Shown in pieces: positions 63,652 to 64,000 of a stretch of DNA of 64,000 nt. The notes under the pieces were generated by a model, which was not told the origin of the DNA, did no database searches, and was given only the letters and a program-made list of their open reading frames with translations. The translations under genes and the position numbers were made by a program. Source of the DNA: Octopus sinensis (taxonomy: Eukaryota); the NCBI RefSeq assembly GCF_006345805.1, contig NC_043000.1, positions 3,720,001 through 3,784,000 on the forward strand, written 5' to 3'. Within the stretch, counting starts at the first letter, position 1, and each line of letters opens with the position of its first letter.

Positions 63652-64000
63652 TCATAGGACTGTGGCCATGCAGGGGCACTGCCTTGGAGGGTTTAGTCAA
63701 ACAAATCAACCCCAGTACTTATTTTTTTAAGTATCAGTTCTTTTTGCTAAACAGCTTAGTTACAAGAACATAAACAAACCAACACCAGTTGTCAATCAGT
63801 GGTGGGGGACAAACACAAACACTAACTTACACATACACATAATTACCTTTTATCTTTCGCTTATTTCAGTCATTAGACTGTGGATATACTGGGGAGCCAC
63901 CTTGACGGGCTCAGTCAAACAAATCAGCCCCTATACTTAATTTTTCTTAAGTCTGGTACTTATTCAATCAGTCCCTTTTTGCTGAATGGCTAAATTAAAT
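63652..64000 (-). mobile_element. Degraded SINE family A 3' halves
   Basis: actgtggccatgcaggggcac...tagtcaaacaaatcaaccccagtactta. Confidence 0.65.

Overview
AT-rich, repeat-dense eukaryotic DNA. The SINE and LINE families look like those I recall from octopus genomes; this assignment is from memory, not a database search. Most of the window is tRNA-derived SINEs (at least five families), RTE, CR1 and R4/Dong LINE fragments, DNA-transposon derivatives (mariner, hAT, piggyBac-like, a fold-back MITE) and microsatellites. Almost all ORFs in the supplied track are repeat artefacts. A probable first coding exon of a minus-strand gene lies at 51590-51630 (MGNCITQCCGKDK, a predicted myristoyl/palmitoyl N-terminus) in a CpG-richer region, so much of 1-51589 may be intronic. 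The most notable structure is a nearly intact Penelope-like retroelement (Naiad-like) at about 58263-60597, inserted in (TA)n. Its RT half is inverted relative to its GIY-YIG half, with a 33-bp duplicated junction. Its 3' tail carries a type I hammerhead ribozyme with a complete canonical core (60461-60559). Two other Penelope-like tails with a variant hammerhead core and covarying stem II sit inside SINE microsatellites. No CRISPR array, rRNA or true tRNA gene was found.
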